64,000 bases of DNA from assembly GCA_963778655.1 (NCBI GenBank), contig CAVZVA010000011.1:128001-192000 (forward strand), written 5' to 3'. Origin of the DNA: an uncultured delta proteobacterium (GTDB lineage Bacteria; Myxococcota_A; Polyangia; Polyangiales; JAFGIB01). Shown here piece after piece: positions 31,114-43,465 of this stretch. The stretch's first letter is position 1. Each line of letters opens with the position of its first letter. A model generated the notes under the pieces. It saw only the letters and a program-made list of their open reading frames with translations, was not told the origin of the DNA and did no database searches. A program made the position numbers and the translations under genes.

Positions 31114-32616
31114 CTAATGCGCGCCGCGGCCGCTCAGCACCACCGGGATGGTCCGCAGCAGGATGCTCAGATCGAGCAGCAGGCTCCAGTCGTCGATGTA
31201 CTTCAAATCGAGCAGCATCCACTCCTCGAAATCGAGGCCGCTGCGCCCGCTGACCTGCCATAGCCCGGTCATCCCCGGCTTCATCGAGAGCCGGCGCCGG
31301 CGCCAGCCGTGGATCTGCTGCTGCTCGAGCAGCGGCAGCGGACGCGGCCCGACCAGCGTCATCGAGCCGGTGAGCACGTTGTAGAGCTGCGGCAGCTCGT
31401 CGAGGCTGGTCCTGCGCAGCAGCCGGCCGAGCCCCGTGATGCGCGGGTCGTGCTTGAGCTTGAACACCGGTCCGACGATGTCGCTGGCGTCGGCCAGCTC
31501 GGCGCGCTGGCCCTCGGCTCCTTGCACCATGGTGCGCAGCTTGAGCATGCGAAACGGCCGCCCGTACAGGCCGGCGCGTTGCTGCACGAACAGCACCGGC
31601 CGGCCCATGGTGATCAGGATCGCGAGCCCGCTCGCCAGCAGCAGCGGCGAGAGCACGATCAGCAGCAGCGCCGCGAGCAAAGGGTCGAGGCCGTACTTCA
31701 GCGCCACCCATTCGGGCCGCTTGGGCGCGACCTCGAAGCTGACGAAAGGGTGCGCGTAGACCGAGGTGATGCGCGGCGCCGCCCGCGCGACCTGCGTCAG
31801 GTTGACCGAGAAGCTGGCGACCACGCCCAGTGTCTCGCACAGGGCAAGCGCGTCGCGCAGCTCCTCGGGGTGATTGCAGGGCGGGAAGAACATCACCTGG
31901 TCGACCGCCTGCTCGTGCAGCACCCGAGCCAGGTCGTCCAGCGTGCCGACGCACTCCACCGGCGCCATGTCGGGGGGCGGCGCCGACAGCGCGCTCGGAG
32001 CCAGGGGCGGGCGCAGGTAGCCCAGAATCGCGGGCGATAGCGGCTGGTGCTGGGCGTCGCGCACGAAGTCGCCCATGCGCCTGCTCAGCGCGCCCACCAG
32101 CAGCACGCGCGCGCGGTTGTGCCCGCGCTCGTACTGGAAGCGCACCCATGCGCTCAGTACCAGGCGCTCCACGAACATGGTGACGAAGCTGCAGGCCAGG
32201 AACAGCACGACCAGGCTGCGGTTGATCACCGACTGCGTCAGGAACTGGATCAGGGCGAGCCCGACCAGACCTGCGAAGTGCAGCTTCACCAGGCGAACCG
32301 CGAGCTCCCAGGGGTTCCACACCTGTTCGAAGGATTGGTGCAGGCGCAGGATCACGATCAGCGCGAGCCACAGCGGCAAAGTCAGGTAGACCAGGGTCGC
32401 GTGCTGGCTGAAGGCCGCCACCCCGCGCAGAACCGGCAGCCACTGCCGCAGGACTGGCTGCAGGCCGGCGGCGATCACCATCGAGGCCAACAACGTTCCG
32501 GCATCCAGGACGAGGTGCAGGTTCCGCAGGGCGGTTGTCTTGCGCGCGTGCAAAGCGGCCTTCGTGCTCGCGAAAAGGCCCGTCCATCGTCGCACACCTG
32601 CCGCGGCAGGCGCCAT
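31114..32616 (-). CDS. Polyprenyl-phosphate glycosylphosphotransferase (WcaJ/WbaP-like sugar transferase)
   Basis: KLRTM, DPRITGLGRLLRRTSLDELPQLYNVLTGSMTLVGPRP, KPGMTGLWQVSGR; N-terminal TMs. Confidence 0.93.
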   Translation of the reverse strand: MAPAAAGVRRWTGLFASTKAALHARKTTALRNLHLVLDAGTLLASMVIAAGLQPVLRQWLPVLRGVAAFSQHATLVYLTLPLWLALIVILRLHQSFEQVWNPWELAVRLVKLHFAGLVGLALIQFLTQSVINRSLVVLFLACSFVTMFVERLVLSAWVRFQYERGHNRARVLLVGALSRRMGDFVRDAQHQPLSPAILGYLRPPLAPSALSAPPPDMAPVECVGTLDDLARVLHEQAVDQVMFFPPCNHPEELRDALALCETLGVVASFSVNLTQVARAAPRITSVYAHPFVSFEVAPKRPEWVALKYGLDPLLAALLLIVLSPLLLASGLAILITMGRPVLFVQQRAGLYGRPFRMLKLRTMVQGAEGQRAELADASDIVGPVFKLKHDPRITGLGRLLRRTSLDELPQLYNVLTGSMTLVGPRPLPLLEQQQIHGWRRRRLSMKPGMTGLWQVSGRSGLDFEEWMLLDLKYIDDWSLLLDLSILLRTIPVVLSGRGAH

Positions 32617-32698
32617 TTGCCGCGCCGCGCGAATGTGCTGCGATGTGGTCGCGTCGCGCCCATGCCGGCTGAAGCGGCGATGTGCTTCAATCGCGAGG

Positions 32699-33541
32699 GT
32701 GGCAAGCGCAAGCCCCTACCCGGCTGGCGGCACAGGGTTGCCGCGGCGCGCCGACATCCTCGGCGTCGACGTCAGCATCACCGATTACACGGAGGTGGTG
32801 CGCTGCGTGCTCCAGGCGGCGCGCGCGGGCCGCACGCTGCTGCTCACGGCCTCGGACGTCCACGTCGTCATCCAGGCACGGCGCGATCGTAGCTACGCCG
32901 CGGCCCTGAACGCCTTCGACATCGTCACCCCGGACGGCCAGCCGCTGCGCTGGGGAATGCGCTGGACGCGGCAAGCGGCGCTACGCGATCGGGTGTATGG
33001 GCCGACGTTGATGCTGCGCGTGTGCGAGGCCGCCGCCTCCGAAGAGCTGCCGATCTTCCTCTACGGCAGCCGCCCCGAGACGCTCGAGCTACTGCGCGCG
33101 AAGCTGAGCGCGCGCTTTCCCCGACTGCGCATCGCGGGCGTACGCGCGGGCCGCTTCCGCCCGCTGGCGGAGCAGGAACAGGAGCACGACGCGCGCGAGA
33201 TCGCGGCCTCGGGCGCGCGCATCGTGTTCGTCGGCATGGGTTGCCCGCGGCAGGAGTGGTGGGTGTTCCACATGCGCCAGCGCATCGCGATGCCGCTGCT
33301 GGCGGTGGGCGCGGCCTTCGACTTTCACGCGGGCATGGTGCCGCAAGCGCCGCCCTGGATGCAGGCGCGCGGCCTGGAGTGGCTCTACCGCTTGGGCCGG
33401 GAGCCCAAACGCCTGTGGCGCAGATACGTGCTGCTCACGCCGCGCTACCTGCCGCTGATCGCGGCGCAGGCGCTGGGGCTGAAGCACTTCGACCGCCACA
33501 CCGACCTGGCGGAGGCCGAGCGGCGCGAGTGCCCGGGCTGA
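32699..33541 (+). CDS. WecB/TagA/CpsF-family glycosyltransferase
   Basis: PDGQP, RVYGPTLM, FVGMGCPRQE, VGAAFDF, APPWMQARGLEWLYRL..EPKRLWRRY; start approximate. Confidence 0.93.
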   Translation: MASASPYPAGGTGLPRRADILGVDVSITDYTEVVRCVLQAARAGRTLLLTASDVHVVIQARRDRSYAAALNAFDIVTPDGQPLRWGMRWTRQAALRDRVYGPTLMLRVCEAAASEELPIFLYGSRPETLELLRAKLSARFPRLRIAGVRAGRFRPLAEQEQEHDAREIAASGARIVFVGMGCPRQEWWVFHMRQRIAMPLLAVGAAFDFHAGMVPQAPPWMQARGLEWLYRLGREPKRLWRRYVLLTPRYLPLIAAQALGLKHFDRHTDLAEAERRECPG

Positions 33542-33548
33542 AGCGGGC

Positions 33549-35381
33549 TCACGGCCGTGCCGCCGCGCCGGGCGGGTCGGGCGCGGGCACGTCGTGACCG
33601 CGTGCCGCGGCAAGATCGGCCAGCGTCATCTCCGCGGGCGGAGGGTCGTCGCCTTGCAGCTCCTCGAGGAGCGCACCCCCGAGCTGGTCGACGAAGAGAA
33701 AGGCTCTGCGCTGCGGAAAGCGCCGGCGCCAGAAGCCGTAGGCCGTACGCGGGCCTCCGGCGCCCGAGGGCAGACGCACGAAGATGATCTCGTCGTCCAG
33801 CGTCGGCGAAGGGTTGGGCGGATAGTACGCCCAGGTGACCTCTCGCTTGGGCGAGACGATTTCGTTGGCGAATACCAGCGCGGGCGCGGCGTGGCGCGCC
33901 GCCAGCACCTCGAACAGGCGCAGCCGCATCGCGCTCGAGAGGTAGGCGGCGCGCAGCTGCACCGGCGCGAAGGCCGCGAGCGCCACCAGCGAGGCAGCGG
34001 CCACACTCGCGACCAGCCACGCACGCGGCCGCTGCACGCCGAGCCGCTGCAGCGGCGCAACCGCGCGCGCGAGCCCGTCGGCCGTCGCCAGGGCGAGCAG
34101 CGGGACGGCTTCGAACACGTAGATGGGTCCGGTGGTCGAGACCACGGTCTTGGGCACGAGCACGCGGTACGCGTAGTCGGCGGCGATCATGCCCCAGAAC
34201 AGCAGCTGGGCGCGCTTGGGACGCGCCAGCGGCACGAACGCCAGCGAAAACGTCCAACCGAAGAGCCAGAAGCTCTGGCGCAGCAGCGCGCCACCGAGCG
34301 AGATCGAGATCAGCCCTTGATTGCTGGCGAGCACGCCGTAGGGCCCGAAGGACGCATAGCCCGAGCTCAAGGAATTGCTGGTCTGGGCGTAGTTGACGCC
34401 CAACACGCCGAGCGCGCCGGCCAGCACGAAGGGAGCCGCGGCCAAGAGCTGCTTGAATCGCGCGCCGCGTGCCGCCGGATCGCGCAGCAGCCCCGCGAGC
34501 TGATGCGCGGCGGCCACCAGCAGAAACAGCGCCCCCGGCAGCGGGCGCACCATCAGCTCCAGCCCGAAGCTCGCGCCCGCCAGCGCGGCCCAGCGCAGGC
34601 GCGGATCCTCGTCGAGCCGCAACACCGCCGCCATGCCCGCCAGCATCAGCAGCGCCGAGGTCGGCTGCGAGAGCTGCGTGGCGTGCGTCCATACGAACTG
34701 CGGCGAGATCAGCAGTACGGAGGCGCCCAGCGCCGCGCGCCTCGGCCCGAACAGCCGGCAGCCGACGCGAAAGGCGAGCAGCACCGCGAGCAGCCCCAGC
34801 AGCGGCACGACCAGCAAGCGCGCCCCGAGCGCCTCACCGAGCGCGAGCACCAGCGGGTGGCCGATCGGGTACTTCCCGTACCAGCCGCTGTGATTGACGA
34901 TCACGAACTGGTTCTGGAAGAACGATGCCTCGGGTGGCGGCGGATTGAGCACGCGCCCGTGGAGCAAGGTCTGGGCTTCGAACAGGTAGGTGGCCTCGTC
35001 GTCGGCAATCGGCTGGTCTTGCAGCACCAGCTCGCGCAGCGCGACGCTGCCGCACAGCACCAGCAGCGCCGCGAGCCCGACCATCAGGCGGGGTCGCGAG
35101 AGCGCCTGCTCGACGCCCGCGTACAGGCGTTCGGCGAGACCGCCGCGAAACAGCGCCAGGGCGAAGAAGAAAGTCGCCAGCGAGCCCCACAACGCATAAA
35201 ACGCGAAGAAGGCGAGCTCCCGATCATCGATGTACTCCACGCCGACTTGGCGCAGCGCGAAGCCACCGTACTGGGCCCCGCTGTCGAACAGAGCGGCGAC
35301 GCACCCAACCCCGAGCGCGGCGAAGACCAGCGCCCGCACGAGCGAAGAACGATTGCGCACGATCGCCGTCGATCCTGGCAC
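33549..35381 (-). CDS. ArnT/GT39-like integral membrane glycosyltransferase
   Basis: Many TMs; DDEATYLFEA, GKYPIGHP motifs. Confidence 0.75.
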   Translation of the reverse strand: MPGSTAIVRNRSSLVRALVFAALGVGCVAALFDSGAQYGGFALRQVGVEYIDDRELAFFAFYALWGSLATFFFALALFRGGLAERLYAGVEQALSRPRLMVGLAALLVLCGSVALRELVLQDQPIADDEATYLFEAQTLLHGRVLNPPPPEASFFQNQFVIVNHSGWYGKYPIGHPLVLALGEALGARLLVVPLLGLLAVLLAFRVGCRLFGPRRAALGASVLLISPQFVWTHATQLSQPTSALLMLAGMAAVLRLDEDPRLRWAALAGASFGLELMVRPLPGALFLLVAAAHQLAGLLRDPAARGARFKQLLAAAPFVLAGALGVLGVNYAQTSNSLSSGYASFGPYGVLASNQGLISISLGGALLRQSFWLFGWTFSLAFVPLARPKRAQLLFWGMIAADYAYRVLVPKTVVSTTGPIYVFEAVPLLALATADGLARAVAPLQRLGVQRPRAWLVASVAAASLVALAAFAPVQLRAAYLSSAMRLRLFEVLAARHAAPALVFANEIVSPKREVTWAYYPPNPSPTLDDEIIFVRLPSGAGGPRTAYGFWRRRFPQRRAFLFVDQLGGALLEELQGDDPPPAEMTLADLAAARGHDVPAPDPPGAAARP

Positions 35382-35425
35382 AGCTCGGGTCCATGCGATC
35401 GAAAATTCACATACTATCCCGCTCG

Positions 35426-36505
35426 ATGACGCGCTCCATGGTCGCGGCCGCGTTTGCGCGGGGGCTCTCGGGCCAGCCGACCGGACGCGGCGTCTACGCG
35501 CGCCAGATGATCGAGGCGGTGCTGCGGCGTGATCCCGGGCTGCAGCTGCACCTGTTTGCCGCGGAGCCGGTCGACATCGCCGGTTGCACGTTTCACCGGG
35601 CGCGCGGGCGCAACCCGGTCTCCGACGCCTGGCGCATGCTCGCAGGCGCGGGCCGGGAACTGCGACAGAGCGGAGCGCAGCTGCTCTGGTGCGCGACCCA
35701 CTTCATGCCGTCGAGCCTGCCCCAGCTGCCCAAGGTGGTCACCCTGCTCGATGCCGTGTGGCGCGACCACCCCGAAACCGTGACCCGCGCCAGGCGGCTC
35801 GCCGCGCGCTTCATGGAACGCGGCCTGTTCCGGGCGGACCGCATCGTGTGCATCTCGGGTTTCACGCGCGAGCGGCTGGTCGCGCACTGGCCCGAGCTGG
35901 CGCCGCGCGCGCAGGTGATTCCGTGCGCCGGCAATCCCGCCTTGCTGGCACAGCCGAACGCACCGCTCGCGTTGCGCCAGCTGGGAATCGACGGGCCCTT
36001 CGTCCTGAACGTCGATACGCTCGAGCCGCGCAAGAACCTCGACACCTTGCTTCGGGCCATGCCGGAGCTTCCCGAGCTCACCCTAATCCACGTCGGAGGG
36101 ATCGGGTGGAAGGCGCAGCCGCTGCTCGACCGCGCCAGGTCCACGCCCAATGTCCGGCTGCTCGGCTACCTCGATCTCACCACTCTGGCCACGCTCTATC
36201 GCGGCGCGCGCGTCGCGGTCTTCCCGTCGATCTACGAAGGCTTTCACATGCAGCTGCTGGACGCCGCGGGGCTCGGCTGTCCGCTGGTGCTGTCGGACAT
36301 CCCGGTGCATCGGGAGGTGATGGCCGACGCCGCGGCCTACGCGCCTGCCACCGACCCGAACGCGCTCGCCGCTCAGATTCGCGCCGTCGCAAGCTCGGAG
36401 TCGGCGCGCGAGCGGCTGGCCGTCGCGGCGCGCGAGCGCGCCGCCCAGTACGACTGGGACCGCTCCGGCGACGCGCTGCTCGCGCTGTTCAGGCAGCTGA
36501 TCTGA
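35426..36505 (+). CDS. GT4-family glycosyltransferase
   Basis: TLEPRKNL, FPSIYEGF, SDIPVHREV, YDW; start approximate. Confidence 0.9.
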   Translation: MTRSMVAAAFARGLSGQPTGRGVYARQMIEAVLRRDPGLQLHLFAAEPVDIAGCTFHRARGRNPVSDAWRMLAGAGRELRQSGAQLLWCATHFMPSSLPQLPKVVTLLDAVWRDHPETVTRARRLAARFMERGLFRADRIVCISGFTRERLVAHWPELAPRAQVIPCAGNPALLAQPNAPLALRQLGIDGPFVLNVDTLEPRKNLDTLLRAMPELPELTLIHVGGIGWKAQPLLDRARSTPNVRLLGYLDLTTLATLYRGARVAVFPSIYEGFHMQLLDAAGLGCPLVLSDIPVHREVMADAAAYAPATDPNALAAQIRAVASSESARERLAVAARERAAQYDWDRSGDALLALFRQLI

Positions 36506-36617
36506 GCTCGGCTCGCGCGCAGCGGGCTCAGGCTCGGCGCGGCCCTCGCGCGGAGGGGAGGACAGTGCCACAGCCCGGAAGCTCGTTCGGTCGAGCGGAG
36601 GCGTCGCGGAGAGTCCG

Positions 36618-38409
<1,792 letters not shown>

Positions 38410-38567
38410 CGGACATCGGGAGCGCGCGCGAGGCGCGGCAGAAGCTCCCGATTTTCCCGACTGCACGCGGGGGCGCGCGCGTGTGATCGCGCAAACGGAG
38501 GATGTGCGCGGCCGGCCGCATCTGTTAAGGTGCTCTGCGCCCGCGCCCCGATCGCAGCCGCCCCGCC

Positions 38568-40431
38568 ATGTCCTACACGGTTCTTGCACGCAAGTATCGG
38601 CCCCAAACCTTTGCCGATTTGGTCGGGCAGGACCACGTCAGCCGCACGCTCGGCAACGCGCTCAAGAGCGGCCGGGTGGCGCACGCGTTCCTGTTCACCG
38701 GCGCGCGCGGTGTGGGGAAGACGACCACCGCCCGCCTGCTCGCCAAGGCCCTCAACTGCGAGCAGGGACCCGACCGCCGAGCCCTGCAATTCGTGCGATC
38801 CGTGCCGGGAGATCACCGCCGGGACGGATCTGGACGTGCTCGAGATCGACGGCGCGTCCAACAACAGCGTGGACGACGTGCGGAGGCTGCAGGAGTCCCT
38901 GCCCTATCGGCCCGCCCGCGACCGTTTCAAGGTCGTGATCGTGGACGAGGTGCACATGCTCTCGGCGGGCGCGTTCAACGCGTTCTTGAAGACGCTCGAG
39001 GAGCCGCCGCCGCACGTGAAGTTCATCTTCGCGACGACCGAGATCGCACAAGGTCCCGATCACGATCCGGTCGCGCTGCCAGCGCCATGACTTCGTCTGA
39101 TCTCGCACGCGCAGGTGACCTCGCGCGTGCGCGAGATCCTGGCGCAGGAGCAGATCACCGCCGACGACGATGCAATCGCGATCGTCGCGCGCGAGGCCGG
39201 CGGCTCGCTGCGCGACGCGCTGACCGTGCTCGACCAGCTGCTGGCCTTCGGCGGCGACGCGCTCCAGGGCGAGGAGGTCGCGCGCGGGCTCGGCATCGCC
39301 GATCAACGCAGCGTGGTGGCGGTGGCCGAGGCCGTGCTGGGCGGCGACGCGGGCGCGTGCCTGCGCGCGGTCAGCGCGCTGGGCCAGCAGGGCCTGGACG
39401 TCATGCACTTCGCGCGCCAGCTGCTCTCGCTGATGCGAGACCTGGTGGTGCTGCGCGTGGTCGGCGACAGCGCCGAGCTGATCGATCGGCCCGAGCAGGA
39501 ACGGCAGCAGCTCGGGGCGATCGCGCAGGCGCACGGCGCCCAACAGCTCGAACGCAGCTTTAGCGGTCTGGCCAAGCTGGTCGAGGAGGTCGGCCAGTCC
39601 GGCAGCCCGCAGCTCACGCTGGAGATGGGCCTGGTGCGCCTGGCCGACCGGCCGCCGCTCGAGCCGCTCTCGGAGCTGATGGCGCGCCTGCGCGCGCTGG
39701 AGGCGCGCCTTGGCGGTGGCGGTGGCGGCGCGGCGGGCGCCGCGGGCCGCGGCCCGGGTCGCACGGACGCGGCGGGCGGCGCGCGCGGCCCCCGCCGCGG
39801 CGCCGCGCAGCAGGCGCAAGGGCCGCACGAGCTGCGCGCGCCCGCGCGCCTGGAGCCGCGCCGGGCCGATCCCGGCGCGGAGCCGCGTCGCGGGCGCCCG
39901 AGCGCGGGGCCCGCGCGCGGGCCCGATCCCGAGCCAGCGCCGGGGGCGCCCGAGCCCGCCGCGACCAGCACGGTCGGCGACGTGCCGGCGCCCGCGCGAC
40001 ACGACACCGGAGCCGATCCGGGTGGGGGTGGCGATCTGCCGCAGGGCTGGCACGAGATCATCGCGGCGCTGCACCAGAGCCAGCCCGCGCTCGGCGCCGT
40101 GCTCGCACACGGGGTGCCGGTGCGGGTCGACCCCAGCGCGGTGGTGGTGAGCTTTCCGGAAGGCTCGTTCTTCGGCCGCCAGGCCGGCGCAGAGAGCGCG
40201 CGCAGCGTGCTGGCGGACGCGGCCGAGCGCGTGCTCGGACGGCGGCCGCGCATCGAGGTGGGCTTCGGGCTCGCCTCCAGCCGCAGCACGGTCGCCGCGC
40301 TGGAAGCCGAGCGCGAGCAGGAGCGCCGCGCGCAAGCCGTCAAGAGCGCGCTGAGCCATCCGCTGGTCCGGGAAGCGATGGACGTCTTCCCCGAGGCCGA
40401 GGGGAACGTCGACGTGGTGGTGGAGGACTGA
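38568..40431 (+). CDS. dnaX: DNA polymerase III gamma/tau; three frameshifts in this sequence
   Basis: [31 protein letters not shown] and DEVHMLS in a second frame; HKVPITI.SRCQ in a third; GSLRDAL back in the second; dnaX-ybaB-recR synteny. Confidence 0.93.
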
Positions 40432-40432
40432 G

Positions 40433-40756
40433 ATGGCTGGATTCCGGGGCGGCATGGGCGAGCTGATGCGGCAGGCCTCGCGCCTGCAGCGCAAGGTCGA
40501 GGCGCGCAAGCAGGAGCTGAAGAGCGAGACCGTGGCGGCGACCACCGGCAACGATCAGGTCAAGGTGGTGGCCAACGGCGGCGGCGAGATCGTGAGCGTG
40601 ACGATCGACCCCGCCCTGTTGCAGACGGAAGAGCTCAGCCTGGTGCAAGACCTGATCGTCAGCGCGACCAACGCCGCGCTCGCCAAGAGCCAGCAAATGG
40701 TCGAGGCCGAGGTCGAGAAGGTCACGGGCGGCATCAAGATTCCGGGGCTGACCTGA
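40433..40756 (+). CDS. ybaB: YbaB/EbfC nucleoid-associated protein
   Basis: MGELMRQA..LQ, VKVVANG, QDLIVSATNAA; lies between dnaX and recR. Confidence 0.93.
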   Translation: MAGFRGGMGELMRQASRLQRKVEARKQELKSETVAATTGNDQVKVVANGGGEIVSVTIDPALLQTEELSLVQDLIVSATNAALAKSQQMVEAEVEKVTGGIKIPGLT

Positions 40757-40763
40757 GGAGCGC

Positions 40764-41354
40764 ATGCCCGATCCGATCGCCGAGCTCGTGGGCCTGCTCG
40801 CTCGCTTGCCCGGCGTGGGCGAGCGCACCGCCACCCGCCTGACCTATTACATCCTGGGCAGCTCGCCCGAATACGCGGCCGCCCTGGCGCAGGCGCTCGG
40901 CGAGCTGCACCGGCGGGTGCGGCGCTGCGCGCAGTGCGGCAACTACGCCACCTCCGCACTGTGCGCGGTGTGCGCCGACCCGCGACGCGACGGCAGCGTG
41001 GTGTGCGTGGTGGCGCGCCCTCCCGACGTGGCCGCGCTGGAGCGCGGCGGCAGCTTCCGCGGCCGCTACCACGTGCTGCACGCGCTGCTGGCGCCGCTCG
41101 ATGGCGTCGGCCCGGAGGCGCTGGGGCTCGGCCGCCTGGTCGAGCGCGTGAAGGCGGGCGGCGTGAGCGAGGTGATCATCGCAACGCCGCTGAGCGTGGA
41201 GGGCGAGGCGACCGCGCTGTACGTGGCTCAGGAGCTGCGCCCACTGCAGGTGCGCTGCACCCGCATCGCCAGCGGCCTGCCGCACGGCGGCGAGCTCGAG
41301 TGGAGCGACCAGATCACACTCGCCCGCGCGCTCGAAGGCCGCCGCGAGGTGTAG
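40764..41354 (+). CDS. recR: Recombination mediator RecR
   Basis: LPGVGERTA, C4 zinc finger, GRYHVL, EGEATA, TRIASGLPHGGELE. Confidence 0.97.
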   Translation: MPDPIAELVGLLARLPGVGERTATRLTYYILGSSPEYAAALAQALGELHRRVRRCAQCGNYATSALCAVCADPRRDGSVVCVVARPPDVAALERGGSFRGRYHVLHALLAPLDGVGPEALGLGRLVERVKAGGVSEVIIATPLSVEGEATALYVAQELRPLQVRCTRIASGLPHGGELEWSDQITLARALEGRREV

Positions 41355-41386
41355 CGGTACGGGCGGCGCGGCCCGATCCAAGACAC

Positions 41387-41467
41387 ATGAAACAGGAAGG
41401 CGGGAAGACGGGAAGAGCTGATGATTGGCTCGAACCCAGAATGAAACCCTTCCCGCCTTCCTGTGAT
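41387..41467. repeat. Repeat family A, inverted pair
   Basis: atgaaacaggaaggcgggaagacgggaag (41387-41415) and cttcccgccttcctgtgat (41449-41467). Confidence 0.85.
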
Positions 41468-41530
41468 CCCACGAAACGCCCCGTGCTCAGCGTTTCCCCC
41501 GCGCCGGGCTTGAGGTAGGGTCGGCTTCCG

Positions 41531-43450
41531 ATGGCTGGACCCTTGCACCCGCGGGCGGAGGGGCCGCGGCTTCCGCTTGCGGATGCGGCGCTGGCGCTGC
41601 CGCTGCTCGGCATCGTGGCGTTGATGATCATCCCGATCCCGACGCCGCTGCTGGACGTCTTGATCGCGGCCAACATCGCGCTCGGCGTGTTGATGCTGCT
41701 GGTGGCGATGGCGATCAAGGACGGGCTCGCCTTCACCGCGATGCCGACGGTGCTGCTGGTCACCACGCTCTATCGGCTGGCGCTCAACGTCTCCTCCACT
41801 CGCCTGATCCTGCTGCAGGCCGACGCGGGCCACGTGATCCACGCCTTCGGCGCGTACGTGGTGCGCGGCAACTACGCGGTCGGCGCCGTGATCTTCTTCA
41901 TCCTCACCCTGATCCAGTACGTGGTGGTGGCGCGCGGCTCCGAGCGCGTGGCCGAGGTGGGCGCGCGCTTCACGCTGGACGCGATGCCCGGCAAGCAGAT
42001 GGCGATCGACGCCGACCTGCGCTCGGGCGCGCTGAGCCCGGAGGGCGCGCGCCAGCGCAGGCGCGCGCTCGAGCGCGAGGGTCAGTTCTACGGCGCGATG
42101 GACGGCGCGATGAAGTTCGTCAAGGGCGACGCGATCGCCGGTATCGTGATCACCCTGGTCAACATCGTGGCCGGGGTCGGCATCGGCATGGGCATGCGCA
42201 AGCTGGGACTACTGCAGAGCCTGCAGCTCTACGGCCTGCTCACGATCGGCGACGGCCTGGTGTGCCAGATCCCGTCGCTGCTGATCTCGACCAGCGCCGG
42301 GCTGGTGGTCACGCGCGTGGCGGGCCACGAGGAGGGCGCGTCGCTCGGCAGCGACGTGGGCCGCCAGCTGTTCGGCAATCCCCGCGTGCTCGCGCTCGGC
42401 GGCGGCTTTCTCGGCTTCCTCTCGCTGGTACCGGGCCTGCCCATGCTGCCGTTCGCGTTCCTGGGCGCGTTGCTGGGGGCGGCCGCGTACGGCCTGCGGC
42501 GCGCGGAACGGCGGCGTGGCGCGGGCAGCGAGCCGCTCTCGGAGGCGGCCAAGCCGGCGCTGCCTGAGCCTTCTGCGCTCGCGATCGAGCTGGGCAGTGA
42601 GCTGGCGAGCGAGCTCGAGCACGCGCGCGGCGAGCCGCTGCGAGCCGCGCTGGGTGCGCTGCGAGAGCGGCTGTACCTGGAGCTCGGCGTACCGCTGCCG
42701 GCGCTGCGCGTGCGCGCGCGCGCCGCGCTTCCGGCGCGTGGCTACGTGCTGCTGCTCGCGGAGCTGCCGTGCGCGCAAGGCGCCGTGCCGCAAGGCGCGA
42801 GCCCGCGCGAGGCCGCCGAGGCGCTGGCGGGCGCAGCCGCAGTCGCGCTGCTGCCGCGCGCGGACGAGCTGCTCGACCTGCAAGCCACGCAAGGCCTGCT
42901 CGACGCGCTCGAGCGCAGCGCCCCCGCGCTGGTGCGCGAGGTCGTGCCCAAGCCGGTCTCGTTGCGGCTGCTGTCCGAGGTGCTGCGGCGGCTGCTGGCG
43001 GAGGGCGTGAGCATCCGCCCGCTGGCGCGCATCCTCGAGCTGCTGGGCCGCGAGGCCGCCGCCGGCAGCGACCCGGCCGCGTTGGTCGAGCGCGTGCGCC
43101 AGGGCCTGAGCCGGCAGATCAGCTTCGCGCACGCGCCGCAAGGCACGCTCGCGTTGCATCCGGTCGACGTGATGATCGAGGACGCGCTGCGCGACGCGGC
43201 CGCTGCCGGCAACGTCGCCGCACCGCCCGCGCTGCCGCCGGAGCAGACGCGCGACATCGTGGCCGCGGTCCGCGCCGCGCTCGAGGCGCACGCGGGCCAG
43301 CCAGGCGCGGTGCTGGTCACGCAGCCCGACGTGCGCCGCCACCTGCGCGCGCTGCTGGAAGGCGAGCTGCCGCAGGTCGCGGTGCTGAGCTATCCGGAGC
43401 TCGCCCCCGAGCTGCAGGTCGAGCGCCGCGCCCCCATTCGCATCGACTGA
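41531..43450 (+). CDS. FHIPEP-family export gate (FlhA/SctV-like), orphan
   Basis: RLALNVSSTRLIL, GSERVAEVGARFTLDAMPGKQMAIDADL, FYGAMDGAMKFVKGDAIAG, LTIGDGLV, VLSYPEL. Confidence 0.92.
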   Translation: MAGPLHPRAEGPRLPLADAALALPLLGIVALMIIPIPTPLLDVLIAANIALGVLMLLVAMAIKDGLAFTAMPTVLLVTTLYRLALNVSSTRLILLQADAGHVIHAFGAYVVRGNYAVGAVIFFILTLIQYVVVARGSERVAEVGARFTLDAMPGKQMAIDADLRSGALSPEGARQRRRALEREGQFYGAMDGAMKFVKGDAIAGIVITLVNIVAGVGIGMGMRKLGLLQSLQLYGLLTIGDGLVCQIPSLLISTSAGLVVTRVAGHEEGASLGSDVGRQLFGNPRVLALGGGFLGFLSLVPGLPMLPFAFLGALLGAAAYGLRRAERRRGAGSEPLSEAAKPALPEPSALAIELGSELASELEHARGEPLRAALGALRERLYLELGVPLPALRVRARAALPARGYVLLLAELPCAQGAVPQGASPREAAEALAGAAAVALLPRADELLDLQATQGLLDALERSAPALVREVVPKPVSLRLLSEVLRRLLAEGVSIRPLARILELLGREAAAGSDPAALVERVRQGLSRQISFAHAPQGTLALHPVDVMIEDALRDAAAAGNVAAPPALPPEQTRDIVAAVRAALEAHAGQPGAVLVTQPDVRRHLRALLEGELPQVAVLSYPELAPELQVERRAPIRID

Positions 43451-43465
43451 GCCGCGAGCAAAACC

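Noticed and set aside
38740..39110. Programmed ribosomal frameshift in dnaX
   Set aside because: Wrong position, three separate shifts and no slippery heptamer; error is more parsimonious
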